DNA of 64,000 nt from Candidatus Cryptobacteroides sp. (GTDB lineage Bacteria; Bacteroidota; Bacteroidia; Bacteroidales; UBA932). Of the stretch, positions 1 to 9,942 are shown in pieces; position 1 is the first letter of the stretch, and each line of letters opens with the position of its first letter. The stretch is taken from assembly GCA_045224215.1 (NCBI GenBank), contig JBGVAE010000093.1, forward strand, positions 113 to 64,112, in the 5' to 3' direction. The position numbers and the translations under genes were made by a program. The notes below the pieces were generated by a model that made no database searches, was not told the origin of the DNA, and worked only from the letters and a program-made list of their open reading frames with translations.

Positions 1-43
1 ATAGACTGTACCGCCAATTTGTCTAATCGTCAACTTGCCTTTC

Positions 44-169
44 AGACAAAGTTATTGTTGCCACTTTTCAACCGCCGCTTCGCGGCCCCACCGTTCGCTT
101 CGCTCCGGTCCCCCCTCTTAACGTGCCGAGGGTGGCAGTGGTTGCAAGGTGGCAACAACAACTTTGTCT
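44..169. repeat. REP/MITE-like structured element: 30-bp terminal inverted repeats enclosing three small hairpins
   Basis: 44-73 AGACAAAGTTATTGTTGCCACTTTTCAACC is the reverse complement of 140-169 with 3 mismatches. Inside: GCCGC-TTC-GCGGC (74-86), ACCG...CGGT (91-110), CCCTC...GAGGG (113-132). The structure is seen; the element class is inferred. Confidence 0.75.
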
Positions 170-185
170 ATAGTCCCTTTGGCAT

Positions 186-1004
186 CTACAAGCCTTTGGC
201 TTTGCCTTCGTCCCAGATGGCGTCCATCTCGGCTAGGGTCATGTCGTGAAGGTCGCGGCCTTCGCGGATGGTGTGTTCTTCGAGATAGGTGAAGCGGCGG
301 CGGAACTTGTCACAGGCGCGGTTGAGTGCTGTGTCGGGATTGATTCCATAGAGGCGGGCAGCGTTGATGGTGGCGAACAGGAAGTCTCCGAGTTCTTCCT
401 CCGCCCTTGAATATGCCGCCTCCTTCTCCTCCGGACCCGGAGCCTCGGCCATGGCCTTCAGCTCGGCTTCATATTCCCCAAGCTCCTCCTTGACCTTGTC
501 CCAAACTTGCTCTTTTTCCTCCCAGTCGAAGCCCACTCCCCTCGCCTTGTCCTGCATCGAATATGCCTTCAGCACGGACGGCATGGAGTCAGGTATTCCG
601 GAAAGGATGCGCTTGTTGCCGCCTTTCTCCTTGGCCTTGAGCATCTCCCAGTTGGTCGAAACCTCCTCGGCATCAGCGACCTTGGTCGTAGAGAAGACGT
701 GCGGATGGCGGTAGATCATCTTTTCGCAGAGCTTGTTCATGACGTCAGCGATGTCGTACCGGCCTTCCTCTTCTGCTATCTTGGCATAGAAGATCACGTG
801 CAGGAATACGTCGCCGAGCTCCTTCTCAAGGGCGGCTTCGTCTTTCTTGAGCACTGCATCGCTGAGTTCATAGACCTCTTCGAGGGTCATCGGTCTTAGT
901 GTATCGATGGTCTGGGCGCGGTTCCAAGGGCATTCAGCCCTCAGCCTGTCCATCACGTCAAGCGCCCTTTCGAACGCTTCGAGTTTCTTTTCCTTGTTCA
1001 ACAT
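186..1004 (-). CDS. mazG: MazG nucleoside triphosphate pyrophosphohydrolase
   Basis: LRAECPWNRAQT, EELGD motifs in two MazG-like halves, RHPHVF, DPDTAL-like tail. Start moved to ATG 1004 (ORF track 1046) because a -7 box lies at 1010-1017. Confidence 0.93.
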   Translation of the reverse strand: MLNKEKKLEAFERALDVMDRLRAECPWNRAQTIDTLRPMTLEEVYELSDAVLKKDEAALEKELGDVFLHVIFYAKIAEEEGRYDIADVMNKLCEKMIYRHPHVFSTTKVADAEEVSTNWEMLKAKEKGGNKRILSGIPDSMPSVLKAYSMQDKARGVGFDWEEKEQVWDKVKEELGEYEAELKAMAEAPGPEEKEAAYSRAEEELGDFLFATINAARLYGINPDTALNRACDKFRRRFTYLEEHTIREGRDLHDMTLAEMDAIWDEGKAKGL

Positions 1005-1063
1005 AGGTGCAAAAATACAAAAAAAGCCTATCTTTATAGTCCCCAAATAAAACGAACGGCAAT

Positions 1064-2365
1064 ATGAAAGAAATCCATTTCGTCACCCCCGACGAAGCTG
1101 TCAGCTCAATCGAATCCGGAGACCATATACATCTCGGAAGTTGTGCCAGCGTCCCGCATGTCCTCGTCGATGCCCTTGTCAGGAGGGCGGAAAGGGGCGA
1201 AGTCGAAGACCTGCATTTCCATCACTTCCACACCGAGGGGCCGGCACCGTATTCCTCTCCTGACTATTCAGGAAAGTTCTTCGAGCAGGGTTTCTTCGTC
1301 GGGCAGAACGTCAGGGCGAATGTCAATGCCGGGTACGCCGATTATATTCCCGTCCACCTGATCGACACTCAGAAACTCTACCGAAGCGGTGCAATCAAGC
1401 TGGGGGCAGCCTTGGTTCAGGTTTCCCTGCCGGACGAAAACGGGATGGTTTCGCTCGGGGCATCCGTGGACTGCTCGCCGGCAGCCATCGAGACAGCCAG
1501 GCTCAAGGTCGCCGTGGTCAATCCGAACGTGCCTTTCGCCTACGGGGAATTGATTCCGCTGGAATCTTTCGATTGTTTTGTCAAGGATGACAGTCCGCTC
1601 TTCAGCAAGGAACCGGCGGCGCCGTCGCCGACAGATGAAGCGATCGGAAAGAATTGCGCAGAGCTGGTGCAGGACGGAGCCTGCCTGCAGATGGGCATCG
1701 GAGGGCTTCCGAATGCCATTTGCGCCCAGCTTGCCGGGCACAAGGACCTTGGAATACACACCGAGATGTTCTCGGACGGGGTTCTCGGGCTCATACGCAA
1801 GGGGGTCGTCACGGGCCGGAACAAGAAGATCGACTGCGGGAAGGTCGTGGCTTCATTCCTCCTCGGGTCGCAGGATGTATATTCATTCATAGACCGCAAC
1901 CAGGATGTCAGGATGAGGGAGATCGGGTACGTCAACGATCCATGGAACATCTGCAGGAACCCGAAGATGACATCAGTCAATTCGGCGGTGGAGGTGGACC
2001 TTACAGGACAGGTCTGCGCCGATTCGATCGGGACGAGGATCTTCTCGGGAACCGGAGGACAGCTGGACTTCGTGCGCGGGGCGGTGATGTCGGAGGGCGG
2101 AGTCTCGATGATCGCCCTTTCTTCAAGGACGGCCAAGGGTGCAGCCAAGATAGTACCGGTGCTTCACACAGGAGCCGGAGTGGTCACCCCGAGGGCGGAT
2201 GTCCATTGGATTGTCACAGAATATGGGGCCGTGGATCTTTGGGGACGTTCCCTCCAGGAGCGGGCAAAGCTGCTGGTTTCCATCGCCCACCCGAACGACA
2301 GGGAAAGCCTCGAGCGGGCGGCATTCGAACGCTTCGGCCCGCATCTGGCATACGTCAAGCTTTGA
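1064..2365 (+). CDS. Acetyl-CoA hydrolase/CoA-transferase family protein (4-hydroxybutyrate CoA-transferase-like)
   Basis: LQMGIGGLP, LGIHTEM (catalytic Glu), NSAVEVDLTGQVCADSIG, SGTGGQLDF, VVTEYG motifs. Substrate not determinable. Confidence 0.9.
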   Translation: MKEIHFVTPDEAVSSIESGDHIHLGSCASVPHVLVDALVRRAERGEVEDLHFHHFHTEGPAPYSSPDYSGKFFEQGFFVGQNVRANVNAGYADYIPVHLIDTQKLYRSGAIKLGAALVQVSLPDENGMVSLGASVDCSPAAIETARLKVAVVNPNVPFAYGELIPLESFDCFVKDDSPLFSKEPAAPSPTDEAIGKNCAELVQDGACLQMGIGGLPNAICAQLAGHKDLGIHTEMFSDGVLGLIRKGVVTGRNKKIDCGKVVASFLLGSQDVYSFIDRNQDVRMREIGYVNDPWNICRNPKMTSVNSAVEVDLTGQVCADSIGTRIFSGTGGQLDFVRGAVMSEGGVSMIALSSRTAKGAAKIVPVLHTGAGVVTPRADVHWIVTEYGAVDLWGRSLQERAKLLVSIAHPNDRESLERAAFERFGPHLAYVKL

Positions 2366-3701
2366 CTCCAAGGAGTTTCCAGGAAAGTACAGGAATCAGG
2401 AAGGACAGCAGGCAGGATGCCAGCCAGAAGATGGAGACAGGGGTGAAGTCGAAGCCGTTGCCTCCGATCATGAATCCGCTGACTGCATTCTGGATGCCGG
2501 CGGCGGCGTAACTGGCAAGGCCAACCATTCCGAGGGCTGCGCCGGTAGCCTTCCTCGGGACTATGTCAAGTGCCATCAGACCGGCCACGGTGCAGTACAC
2601 TACACCGATCGAAAGGCTGAACACCGCCACGTAAACTATGTTGAGCACATAGTTTCCCGGAGTCAGTAGGAAGGCTGCCAGGGAGGCAAGGCAGACGATT
2701 CCCGAGACCAGGACCGGGATGAAACGGTTGCCTTTGAACACCCTGTCTGAGAGCCAGCCGGCAAGTACGGTCCCGGCTATACCGAATGCTTCCGAGAAAG
2801 CGATGATCTGGGTGGCGGAAGCCAGGGAATAGTCTTTTCCCTTCTGAAGGAAGAGCACTCCCCACTCGCTCACTGCGTGCTGGGTAATGTACACGAATGC
2901 GCTCGAAAGGGCGATGATCCATATTCCCGGATGCCTGACGACCATTTTCTGAAGTTCCCTGGTCGGCATCGAATCGGTCTTCCGCGGCTGCTCGCCGGAG
3001 AGTTCCTGGACTGACGGCAGGCCGCAGCTTTCAGGGGTGTCGGAGACCATCAGGAGGATCATGGCGGATCCTATGACGCCCGCTATGGCGGAGAATATGA
3101 AGCCATATTCCCATCCTATCCAGCCGACGACGAGGCCGAGGAAGAACACTGAAAGGGACTTCCCGAGGTACGGGGTGGCGCTGAGGATGCTGTAGAAGGT
3201 TCCGCGCCGGCTGAGAGGAAACCATCTGGAAAGGCTTATGACTCCCGGGGGGGCTCCCATGGACTGGCAGAATCCGTTGATTCCCCAGACGACGGCAAAG
3301 ACGATGAAAAGGACAGTGGAGGACATCCCCCACCAGCCTCTTAGCAAGCCGAGGACGCCCATCAGCAGGTTCACCACCGTGGACACCAGCAGTCCGGTGG
3401 CCATGAAGCGCTTTATGTTGCAGTAGTCAGCTATGAAGCCGTTGGCGAACTTGCCGAAGGCATAGACGAAATAGAAGGCGGAGCCTATGAGTCCGAGCTG
3501 TGCCGCCGACAGGATGTTGCCGTCGATGAGAGGCTGCTTGACCACGCTCATCGCCATGCGGCAGACGTAGAACAGGGCATATGCGCCGGTAACTCCCCAG
3601 AAAGTGCTGTCCCTGAGGCGCTTGTATTCCCCACGGACTTTTTCCGGAGCCACCTTCGTCTCCGAAGGCTTGGAAATCCTGTAGAATGAATATAGACTCA
3701 T
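2355..3701 (-). CDS. MFS transporter, OPA family (GlpT/UhpT-like organophosphate transporter)
   Basis: YAFGKFANGFIAD, WGINGFCQSMG..P, SRWFP...RGTFYS, DTPE motifs; many hydrophobic segments. Start ATG 3701 preferred (ORF track 3713). Confidence 0.88.
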   Translation of the reverse strand: MSLYSFYRISKPSETKVAPEKVRGEYKRLRDSTFWGVTGAYALFYVCRMAMSVVKQPLIDGNILSAAQLGLIGSAFYFVYAFGKFANGFIADYCNIKRFMATGLLVSTVVNLLMGVLGLLRGWWGMSSTVLFIVFAVVWGINGFCQSMGAPPGVISLSRWFPLSRRGTFYSILSATPYLGKSLSVFFLGLVVGWIGWEYGFIFSAIAGVIGSAMILLMVSDTPESCGLPSVQELSGEQPRKTDSMPTRELQKMVVRHPGIWIIALSSAFVYITQHAVSEWGVLFLQKGKDYSLASATQIIAFSEAFGIAGTVLAGWLSDRVFKGNRFIPVLVSGIVCLASLAAFLLTPGNYVLNIVYVAVFSLSIGVVYCTVAGLMALDIVPRKATGAALGMVGLASYAAAGIQNAVSGFMIGGNGFDFTPVSIFWLASCLLSFLIPVLSWKLLGVKA

Positions 3702-3741
3702 ACTGCGATGCAAATATAGGATTAATTGTTAAATTAGCGGT

Positions 3742-4836
3742 ATGAAATCTTTAGCACTCACATTGGCATTGTCGCTGGCGATGATTTCAGCGGCCGCCCA
3801 GAACATAACTCCGTCAAACCAGAAGCATTCTTTCCGGGAGGCTTCCGAACTGACGGTCATCGGCAAATTGTTTGACACTCCGGTGCCGTACGCAAGGGTG
3901 GACACCGCCCGGCACAAGGGCTGGAACAAGAGCCAGAACTTCCAGGTCCGCTGCGGATCGGGGATAGCGATAGCTTTCAGGACCAACAGTTCGTCGATAG
4001 TCCTGAAGCCAGAATACGGCCAGCTTTATCACGGGGTGACCACCAACGTACTGGCGCACAGGGGTTTCGACCTCTACATCAAGGATGGCGGCGAGTGGCT
4101 GTGGGCTGCCGCGGCCAGTCCGGCAGAGGGCAAGGAGGACCAGCAGTTCATCCTGGCGGCGAACCTGGACGGACGGATGCACGAGTGCCTGATGTACCTG
4201 CCGCTGTACAGCGAACTGAGGGGCTTGGAGATAGGAGTCGATGAAGGCTCCGTCCTGGAGGCCAGTCCGGCTCCTTTCCGCCACAGGGTAGGAATCTATG
4301 GATCGAGCTACACCCAGGGCGTTTCATGCGGACGCGCCGGGATGACTTACCCTGCCATATTCACCAGGGACACCGGCATCCAGCTGCTGAGTCTCGGAAT
4401 GAGCGGGCAGTGCAAGATGGAGCCTTATGCCGCGGATGCTCTGATGGATGCCGACGTGGAGGCTTTCATATTCGATACTTTCTCGAATCCTTCTCCGGCA
4501 CAGATCAGGGAGAGGCTGTTCCCTTTCATCGAGAAGATGCAGGCTTCGCATCCGGGGGCTCCGCTGATCTTCCAGCGCACGATCTACCGGGAGAACCGTA
4601 ATTTCAACACCAAGGTTGCCTATGACGAGTCAACCAGGATAGAACTGGTGGACAGCCTGATGGCTATAGCCTGCAAGAAGTACAAGGATGTCTATTACAT
4701 CCATCCTGACGCCACGGCCAAGGACCACGAGGCCCAGATCGACGGGATACATCCTTCGAACTACGGCTACCAGCTCTGGGCCAAGTCCATAGAGAAAAAG
4801 GCCTGCAGGATCCTCAAGAAGTACGGGATAAAGTAA
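3742..4836 (+). CDS. Secreted SGNH/GDSL hydrolase with GxDLY N-terminal domain
   Basis: Signal peptide; RGFDLY motif; YGSSYTQG (block I Ser); DGIHPS (block V). Confidence 0.85.
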   Translation: MKSLALTLALSLAMISAAAQNITPSNQKHSFREASELTVIGKLFDTPVPYARVDTARHKGWNKSQNFQVRCGSGIAIAFRTNSSSIVLKPEYGQLYHGVTTNVLAHRGFDLYIKDGGEWLWAAAASPAEGKEDQQFILAANLDGRMHECLMYLPLYSELRGLEIGVDEGSVLEASPAPFRHRVGIYGSSYTQGVSCGRAGMTYPAIFTRDTGIQLLSLGMSGQCKMEPYAADALMDADVEAFIFDTFSNPSPAQIRERLFPFIEKMQASHPGAPLIFQRTIYRENRNFNTKVAYDESTRIELVDSLMAIACKKYKDVYYIHPDATAKDHEAQIDGIHPSNYGYQLWAKSIEKKACRILKKYGIK

Positions 4837-4852
4837 ACTTTCTCAAGGGAAT

Positions 4853-6340
4853 ATGGCCAATCTGAAGTCGCTTGCCAAAGACACCGCGATCTACGGTCTG
4901 AGCAGCATCATCGGGAGGTTCCTGAACTACCTCCTGGTTCCGTTATATACTTATGTCATAAATGCTTCCAGCGGCGGCTACGGAGTGGTGACCAACCTTT
5001 ACGCGTACACCGCCCTGCTGCTGGTCATCCTGACATACGGGATGGAGACGACTTTCTTCAGGTTCGCGAACAAGGAGGGTGAGGATCCGGACAAGGTCTA
5101 TTCCACCATCCTGACTTCCGTCCTGACGACTTCAGCATTGTTCGTCCTGCTGGTGGTGGCATTCATCCGGCCGGTATCTTCGGCGATGGGATATGCCGAC
5201 CATCCGGATTACATTTGGACTATGGCATTGACAGTGGCGATCGACGCTTTCCAATGCATCCCGTATTCCTACTTGAGGTATAAGAAGCGTCCTCTGAAGT
5301 TCGCCGCCCTGAAGCTCGGATTCATATTCCTCAACATACTGCTGAACCTGACGTATTTCGTCTTCCTGCCGAAACTGGGGCTGAATCCTTGGGGAATCTA
5401 CGACAACGGCATACAGGTGGGATGGGTGTTCTACATCAACCTGTTCTGCACGGCGTTCATGACGTTGTTCTTCTTCGATGAGCTGAAGGGCTTCAAGCAT
5501 GGATTCGACTGGAGCCTGATGAAGAGGATGCTGTCCTACAGCTGGCCGATCCTGGTGCTCGGAATCGCCGGTGTGCTGAACCAGACTGCTTCGCAGATCG
5601 TCTTCCCTTATGTCTACAAGGGGGATGACGGGGCTGCCCAGCTGGGAATCTACGGAGCCTGCATCAAGATTGCGATGATCATGGCCATGATCACCCAGGC
5701 GTTCCGCTATGCCTACGAGCCTTTCGTGTTCGGTAGTTCTTCCGAGAAAGACAGCAAGGAGACCTATGCCAAGGCCATGAAGTATTTCATAATATTCACC
5801 CTGCTGGCATTCCTCTGCGTAGTTGGGTATATGGGCATCCTTCAGTACATCATCGGAGCGGATTACCGCGTGGGCCTTAAAGTGGTTCCGATCGTGATGG
5901 TCGCGGAGATAATGATGGGAATTTATTTCAACCTCTCCTTCTGGTACAAGCTCATCGACCAGACTCTCTGGGGAGCATTGTTCTCGGGAATAGGCTGCCT
6001 GGTGCTTTTCGCAATCAATTTCATATTCATTCCCGAACACGGCTACATGGCTTGCGCCTGGGCAGGCGTGGGAGGCTACGGAACTGCTATGCTGCTGTCG
6101 TATTTCGTCGGACAGAAGAAGTACAAGATAGATTATCCGCTCAAGGATATTGCCATCTACACTCTTGCCGCAGCTGTACTGTACGCCGGCATGGTGCTTT
6201 CCAACAAGTATCTTGGCGGCTGGGCGGCACTTGGAGTGAATACGGTCCTGGTACTGCTGTTCTGCGCCCTCATCGTCAAGCGCGACCTTCCGCTTTCTTC
6301 CCTCCCCGTCGTAGGAAAATATTTCAAGAAAGGTAATTGA
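4853..6340 (+). CDS. Polysaccharide biosynthesis protein / Wzx-like flippase (MOP superfamily)
   Basis: KSLAKDTAIYGLSSIIGRFLNYLLVPLYT start, YGMET motif, polytopic hydrophobic profile. Confidence 0.85.
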   Translation: MANLKSLAKDTAIYGLSSIIGRFLNYLLVPLYTYVINASSGGYGVVTNLYAYTALLLVILTYGMETTFFRFANKEGEDPDKVYSTILTSVLTTSALFVLLVVAFIRPVSSAMGYADHPDYIWTMALTVAIDAFQCIPYSYLRYKKRPLKFAALKLGFIFLNILLNLTYFVFLPKLGLNPWGIYDNGIQVGWVFYINLFCTAFMTLFFFDELKGFKHGFDWSLMKRMLSYSWPILVLGIAGVLNQTASQIVFPYVYKGDDGAAQLGIYGACIKIAMIMAMITQAFRYAYEPFVFGSSSEKDSKETYAKAMKYFIIFTLLAFLCVVGYMGILQYIIGADYRVGLKVVPIVMVAEIMMGIYFNLSFWYKLIDQTLWGALFSGIGCLVLFAINFIFIPEHGYMACAWAGVGGYGTAMLLSYFVGQKKYKIDYPLKDIAIYTLAAAVLYAGMVLSNKYLGGWAALGVNTVLVLLFCALIVKRDLPLSSLPVVGKYFKKGN

Positions 6341-7731
6341 CATCATTGAACAAGGAAATATTGCGGCTGGCGCTGCCGAGCATCCTGGCTAACATCACGG
6401 TTCCGCTGGTGGGGATGGTGGACATCGCCGTAGCAGGGCATCTGGACGCTTCTGCCGCGGCATTGATAGGCGGCATCTCGGTCGGCTCGCTGATGTTCGA
6501 CATGCTCTACTGGAACTTCGGCTTCCTTAGGGCCGGAACGGGCGGGATGACTGCCCAGGCTTTCGGCCGGGAGGATTGGGCTGAGTGCAAGTCTCTTCTG
6601 TTCCGAGGGGTGGGCATGGCCCTGCTGGCCTCCTTGCTGATCCTTGCCATCCAGTGGCCGTTCCAAAAATTGATGTTCGTATTCGTCAACTGCTCGGAGG
6701 AGGTCAAGTCTTTGGCCCTCAAGTATTTCTACATAAGGGTGTGGGCTGCTCCGGCCACTTTGAGCCTGATGGCGGTAAGGGGTTGGTTCATTGGGATGCA
6801 GGACACTTTCAGTTCGATGCTGACCGATGTCATTGTGAATGGTGTAAACATCCTTGCCAGCATATTCCTGGCCCTGGGAATTCCTGGAACAGGCTTCAGG
6901 GGCGTCGGTTATGTCGGAATTGCGTGGGGGACGATCCTGGCTCAGTATACGGGCCTGATGTTCGCGGCCGGGGTCATCGCCGTGAAATACAGGCAGAAGG
7001 TGAGACTCCCGGCAGAGCCGGTGCGACCTTCAACCCACGGAAAGGATTCCATGAGGCAGTTCTTCTCGGTGAACGGCGACCTGTTCGTAAGGTCGCTTTG
7101 CCTTATGGCGGTCTATCTGGCTTTTACGGCCATCTCAGCACGCTTCGGGGACGTCCTGCTGGCCATGTGCTCCGTCATGATGAAACTGATGATGATCTTT
7201 TCCTTCTTCACCGACGGCTTCGCTTTTGCCGGAGAAGCCCTGACAGGAAGGTTCATCGGGATGAAGCGGGAGGACCTGCTGCGCGAAGAAGTCCGACGGA
7301 CATTCGCCTGGAGCCTCGGGATAGGGATGCTGTTCGTCCTGATCTATTGGCTGGGCGGGATGGGGATGTTCCGCCTGATGACTTCCGACACTACAGTCGT
7401 CGATGCAGCAAAAGCCTTCCTGCCTTGGCTCGTTCTGATGCCGCTCATCGGCTGCCCCGCCTTCACCTGGGACGGAATATTCATAGGAGCAACGGCGACA
7501 CGCGAACTGAGGGATTCCACCCTGGGCTGCGTAGTCTCATTCTTTGCAATATGGTGCCTTGGCTTCCTTCTTTTCAAGCCGGAAGGTAACGGCCTTGTGC
7601 ACCTCCTGTTTGCGGCATATTACGCCCACCTGATATTCAGGTCACTCTATCTCACGGCCAGATACCAGTCGACCGTCCCTCTCAGGGCCGGCCTGACCGG
7701 CAGGTCTGAAGGATCTCGGCGAAATCCTTGA
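6337..7731 (+). CDS. MATE family efflux transporter (DinF-like)
   Basis: EILRLALPSILANITVPLVGMVD, FGFLRAGTGGMTAQAFG, DGFAFAGE, DGIFIGAT motifs. Confidence 0.9.
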   Translation: MTSLNKEILRLALPSILANITVPLVGMVDIAVAGHLDASAAALIGGISVGSLMFDMLYWNFGFLRAGTGGMTAQAFGREDWAECKSLLFRGVGMALLASLLILAIQWPFQKLMFVFVNCSEEVKSLALKYFYIRVWAAPATLSLMAVRGWFIGMQDTFSSMLTDVIVNGVNILASIFLALGIPGTGFRGVGYVGIAWGTILAQYTGLMFAAGVIAVKYRQKVRLPAEPVRPSTHGKDSMRQFFSVNGDLFVRSLCLMAVYLAFTAISARFGDVLLAMCSVMMKLMMIFSFFTDGFAFAGEALTGRFIGMKREDLLREEVRRTFAWSLGIGMLFVLIYWLGGMGMFRLMTSDTTVVDAAKAFLPWLVLMPLIGCPAFTWDGIFIGATATRELRDSTLGCVVSFFAIWCLGFLLFKPEGNGLVHLLFAAYYAHLIFRSLYLTARYQSTVPLRAGLTGRSEGSRRNP

Positions 7732-9616
7732 CTTTCACCTTGCGGATATTCTCCCCGGTCGCATTGGAGACGGCTTCGGAGAATGTCTTGAGGCAGAGCG
7801 GGCAGGCTGTCACAATCGTGTCAGGATCGTTTGCCACAAGGCTGGAAAGAGCTGATTCCGAAATCTTCGCCCTATCCCTTGCATCCAATGTCAGGCTTCC
7901 CAGGCTTCCGCCGCAGCAAAGGCTTTCGTCATATTCCTTGGAGGCTTTCACAAGGGTTCCTACCTGGCTGATGGCTGCCCTTGGCTCATAATAGACCTTG
8001 CAGCCGCGGCCAAGTTCACAAGGGTCGTGATAGACCATCTTTTCTTCTGTCTTTGAAGGGACCAGCTTTCCGGAAGCGATCAGTTCGTTGAAGAACTGAG
8101 TGTAATGCATGACCTTTATTCCTTCCAAGTGGTATTCTTCCTTGAATATCTTGAAGCAGATAGGGCAGGAGAGGACAAGGGTCTTGCAGCCGGATTCTTC
8201 GATCATCTTCTTGTTGGCGGCAATGGTCTTTGCTGCTGCGTCATTCCTCCCTGCAAGCATCAGGGGCCTTCCGCAGCATATTCCGCCATCCCTGTCAGCG
8301 AAGACATAGCTGACTCCGGCGGCCTTGAAGACTCTTTCCACGGACTTGATTATGCGTGGGGTCAGATGGGTCATGCAACCTGCGAAATACATTACTTCAG
8401 GAGCAGCCGCAGCAAAGCGAGGATGGACTTCGCCGGGCTCGGACTGCTGTCCGGCGACACCATCAAGGTATGCATAATCAAACGGGAGCGAATTGTTGAC
8501 GGTCGCGCGCTGGGCACGGCGCAGAGCCGGAGCATCCACTTCGACAGGACAAAGCGCATGACACTTGTCGCACATCAGGCACTTGTCTGCAATCGCATTG
8601 ATCTTCTTCTCATTATGCCGTCTCAAGAACCTTATGAAATACACCGAAGAATATTTCAGGTTCTTCTTCTGCACATTCATCGGACAGGCATCCAGGCACA
8701 ATCCGCAACTTGAGCAGGCATATATCTCAGCCTCAGCCACACCCTTGCGCGGATGGTTCGGCTTGATCCCGGCGTTGCGGAGCAAGATCCAGAGCACCTC
8801 CGTAAGGATGTGCATGTACCGGCTGAAAGGCATCGCAGCGAAGAAAAGCCCGAGGCAGATGGAATACAACCACCAGCTAGGCATTATCCAAAGCTTGTCT
8901 CCGAATATCAGATGCCAAAGGTGGTTTACAGGGATCGTGAGGAAACTGCCTCCGCTGAGGTCGGCAGTGAAACTCTCGGCAAGAAGCCTCATCGGGAATA
9001 TCAGCCAGAGGCTGTAAAGAGCCACACGGTCTGCGAACGAAGGCTTAGTCGTGTGCTTCATTCCAAGGGCTATGGACCTGAATCTCTTGAAGACCGCAAG
9101 TGCGATTCCGGAGAGGACATACAGGAGGAAGAAGTCCATCAGGAAGAAGAACAGTCCTCCCTTCAAGGTCGTATGGCCAGGATTGATCCAGACGAAGAAA
9201 CGGTAGAATATCGGATAGAAAAGGGCTGTCTTCGACATCCCTAGCCGTTTCGGTACGAATAAGGCCACTTCGATGTGTCCGAGCACTATAAGCATGAACC
9301 ATCCGAAGGCGATCGCACTGTGCATGTACCCCAGAAGCGGTTTGCGCTTCCAGATCTTCACGTGGAAGAGGCAGTCGCAGAACAAGTCTCTGATGTTCTT
9401 GAGGGCGGTCGTCGGGGTTACAAGCGACTTCCAGAGCCTGACCCTGTCCGTATGTGGGATCTTTGCCAGGAGCCTGATGCAACCTACCGTGATCCAGCAA
9501 AGGAAGAAAACGATGCCGACGCAGAAAGGTATGACGAAGTGATTGTATCCGGAAGGGATCCTGTCGATAACCTCCGGCACTTCCTGGGCTGCAAGGATAT
9601 AGGACAGAGGTATCAT
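7682..9616 (-). CDS. Membrane Fe-S oxidoreductase: hydrophobic HdrE/NarI-like N-region + 2x[4Fe-4S] + two CCG domains (HdrD-like)
   Basis: Several TM segments with His residues; CSSCGLCLDACP and CLMCDKCHALCP; FAGC..ICCG..SCPIC and HDPC..LCCG..ACPLC. Confidence 0.85.
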   Translation of the reverse strand: MIPLSYILAAQEVPEVIDRIPSGYNHFVIPFCVGIVFFLCWITVGCIRLLAKIPHTDRVRLWKSLVTPTTALKNIRDLFCDCLFHVKIWKRKPLLGYMHSAIAFGWFMLIVLGHIEVALFVPKRLGMSKTALFYPIFYRFFVWINPGHTTLKGGLFFFLMDFFLLYVLSGIALAVFKRFRSIALGMKHTTKPSFADRVALYSLWLIFPMRLLAESFTADLSGGSFLTIPVNHLWHLIFGDKLWIMPSWWLYSICLGLFFAAMPFSRYMHILTEVLWILLRNAGIKPNHPRKGVAEAEIYACSSCGLCLDACPMNVQKKNLKYSSVYFIRFLRRHNEKKINAIADKCLMCDKCHALCPVEVDAPALRRAQRATVNNSLPFDYAYLDGVAGQQSEPGEVHPRFAAAAPEVMYFAGCMTHLTPRIIKSVERVFKAAGVSYVFADRDGGICCGRPLMLAGRNDAAAKTIAANKKMIEESGCKTLVLSCPICFKIFKEEYHLEGIKVMHYTQFFNELIASGKLVPSKTEEKMVYHDPCELGRGCKVYYEPRAAISQVGTLVKASKEYDESLCCGGSLGSLTLDARDRAKISESALSSLVANDPDTIVTACPLCLKTFSEAVSNATGENIRKVKVKDFAEILQTCRSGRP

Positions 9617-9942
9617 ATCTTTCCGTAGGTTTTATTGATTGAGAGGATGAGGTGCCTGGTGTTGATTCCCCGCGGGCAGACCATAGTGCATTTTCCGCAG
9701 AACTGGCAGGACTTCAACATGGACAGAGCCTTGTCCGGCTGACCGTTGTGGATTGACTCTATCGCTTCACGCAGGCTGGTCGCAGCGTACTTGCCGGCAG
9801 TGCAGACAGCCGTGCAACTGCCGCAAGCCATGCATTTGCGGACATCCGGCTCGACGGCTGCGAGTTCCTCGTACTTGGCCTTGTCGAAGAGGTCGAGGTT
9901 TATCCTTGAACTGGGCACAAGCCCGAAACCGAAATCTACCAT
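9613..9942 (-). CDS. Small 4Fe-4S dicluster protein (HdrC-like)
   Basis: CMACGSCTAVC and CQFCGKCTMVCP motifs in 109 aa. Confidence 0.85.
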   Translation of the reverse strand: MVDFGFGLVPSSRINLDLFDKAKYEELAAVEPDVRKCMACGSCTAVCTAGKYAATSLREAIESIHNGQPDKALSMLKSCQFCGKCTMVCPRGINTRHLILSINKTYGKI

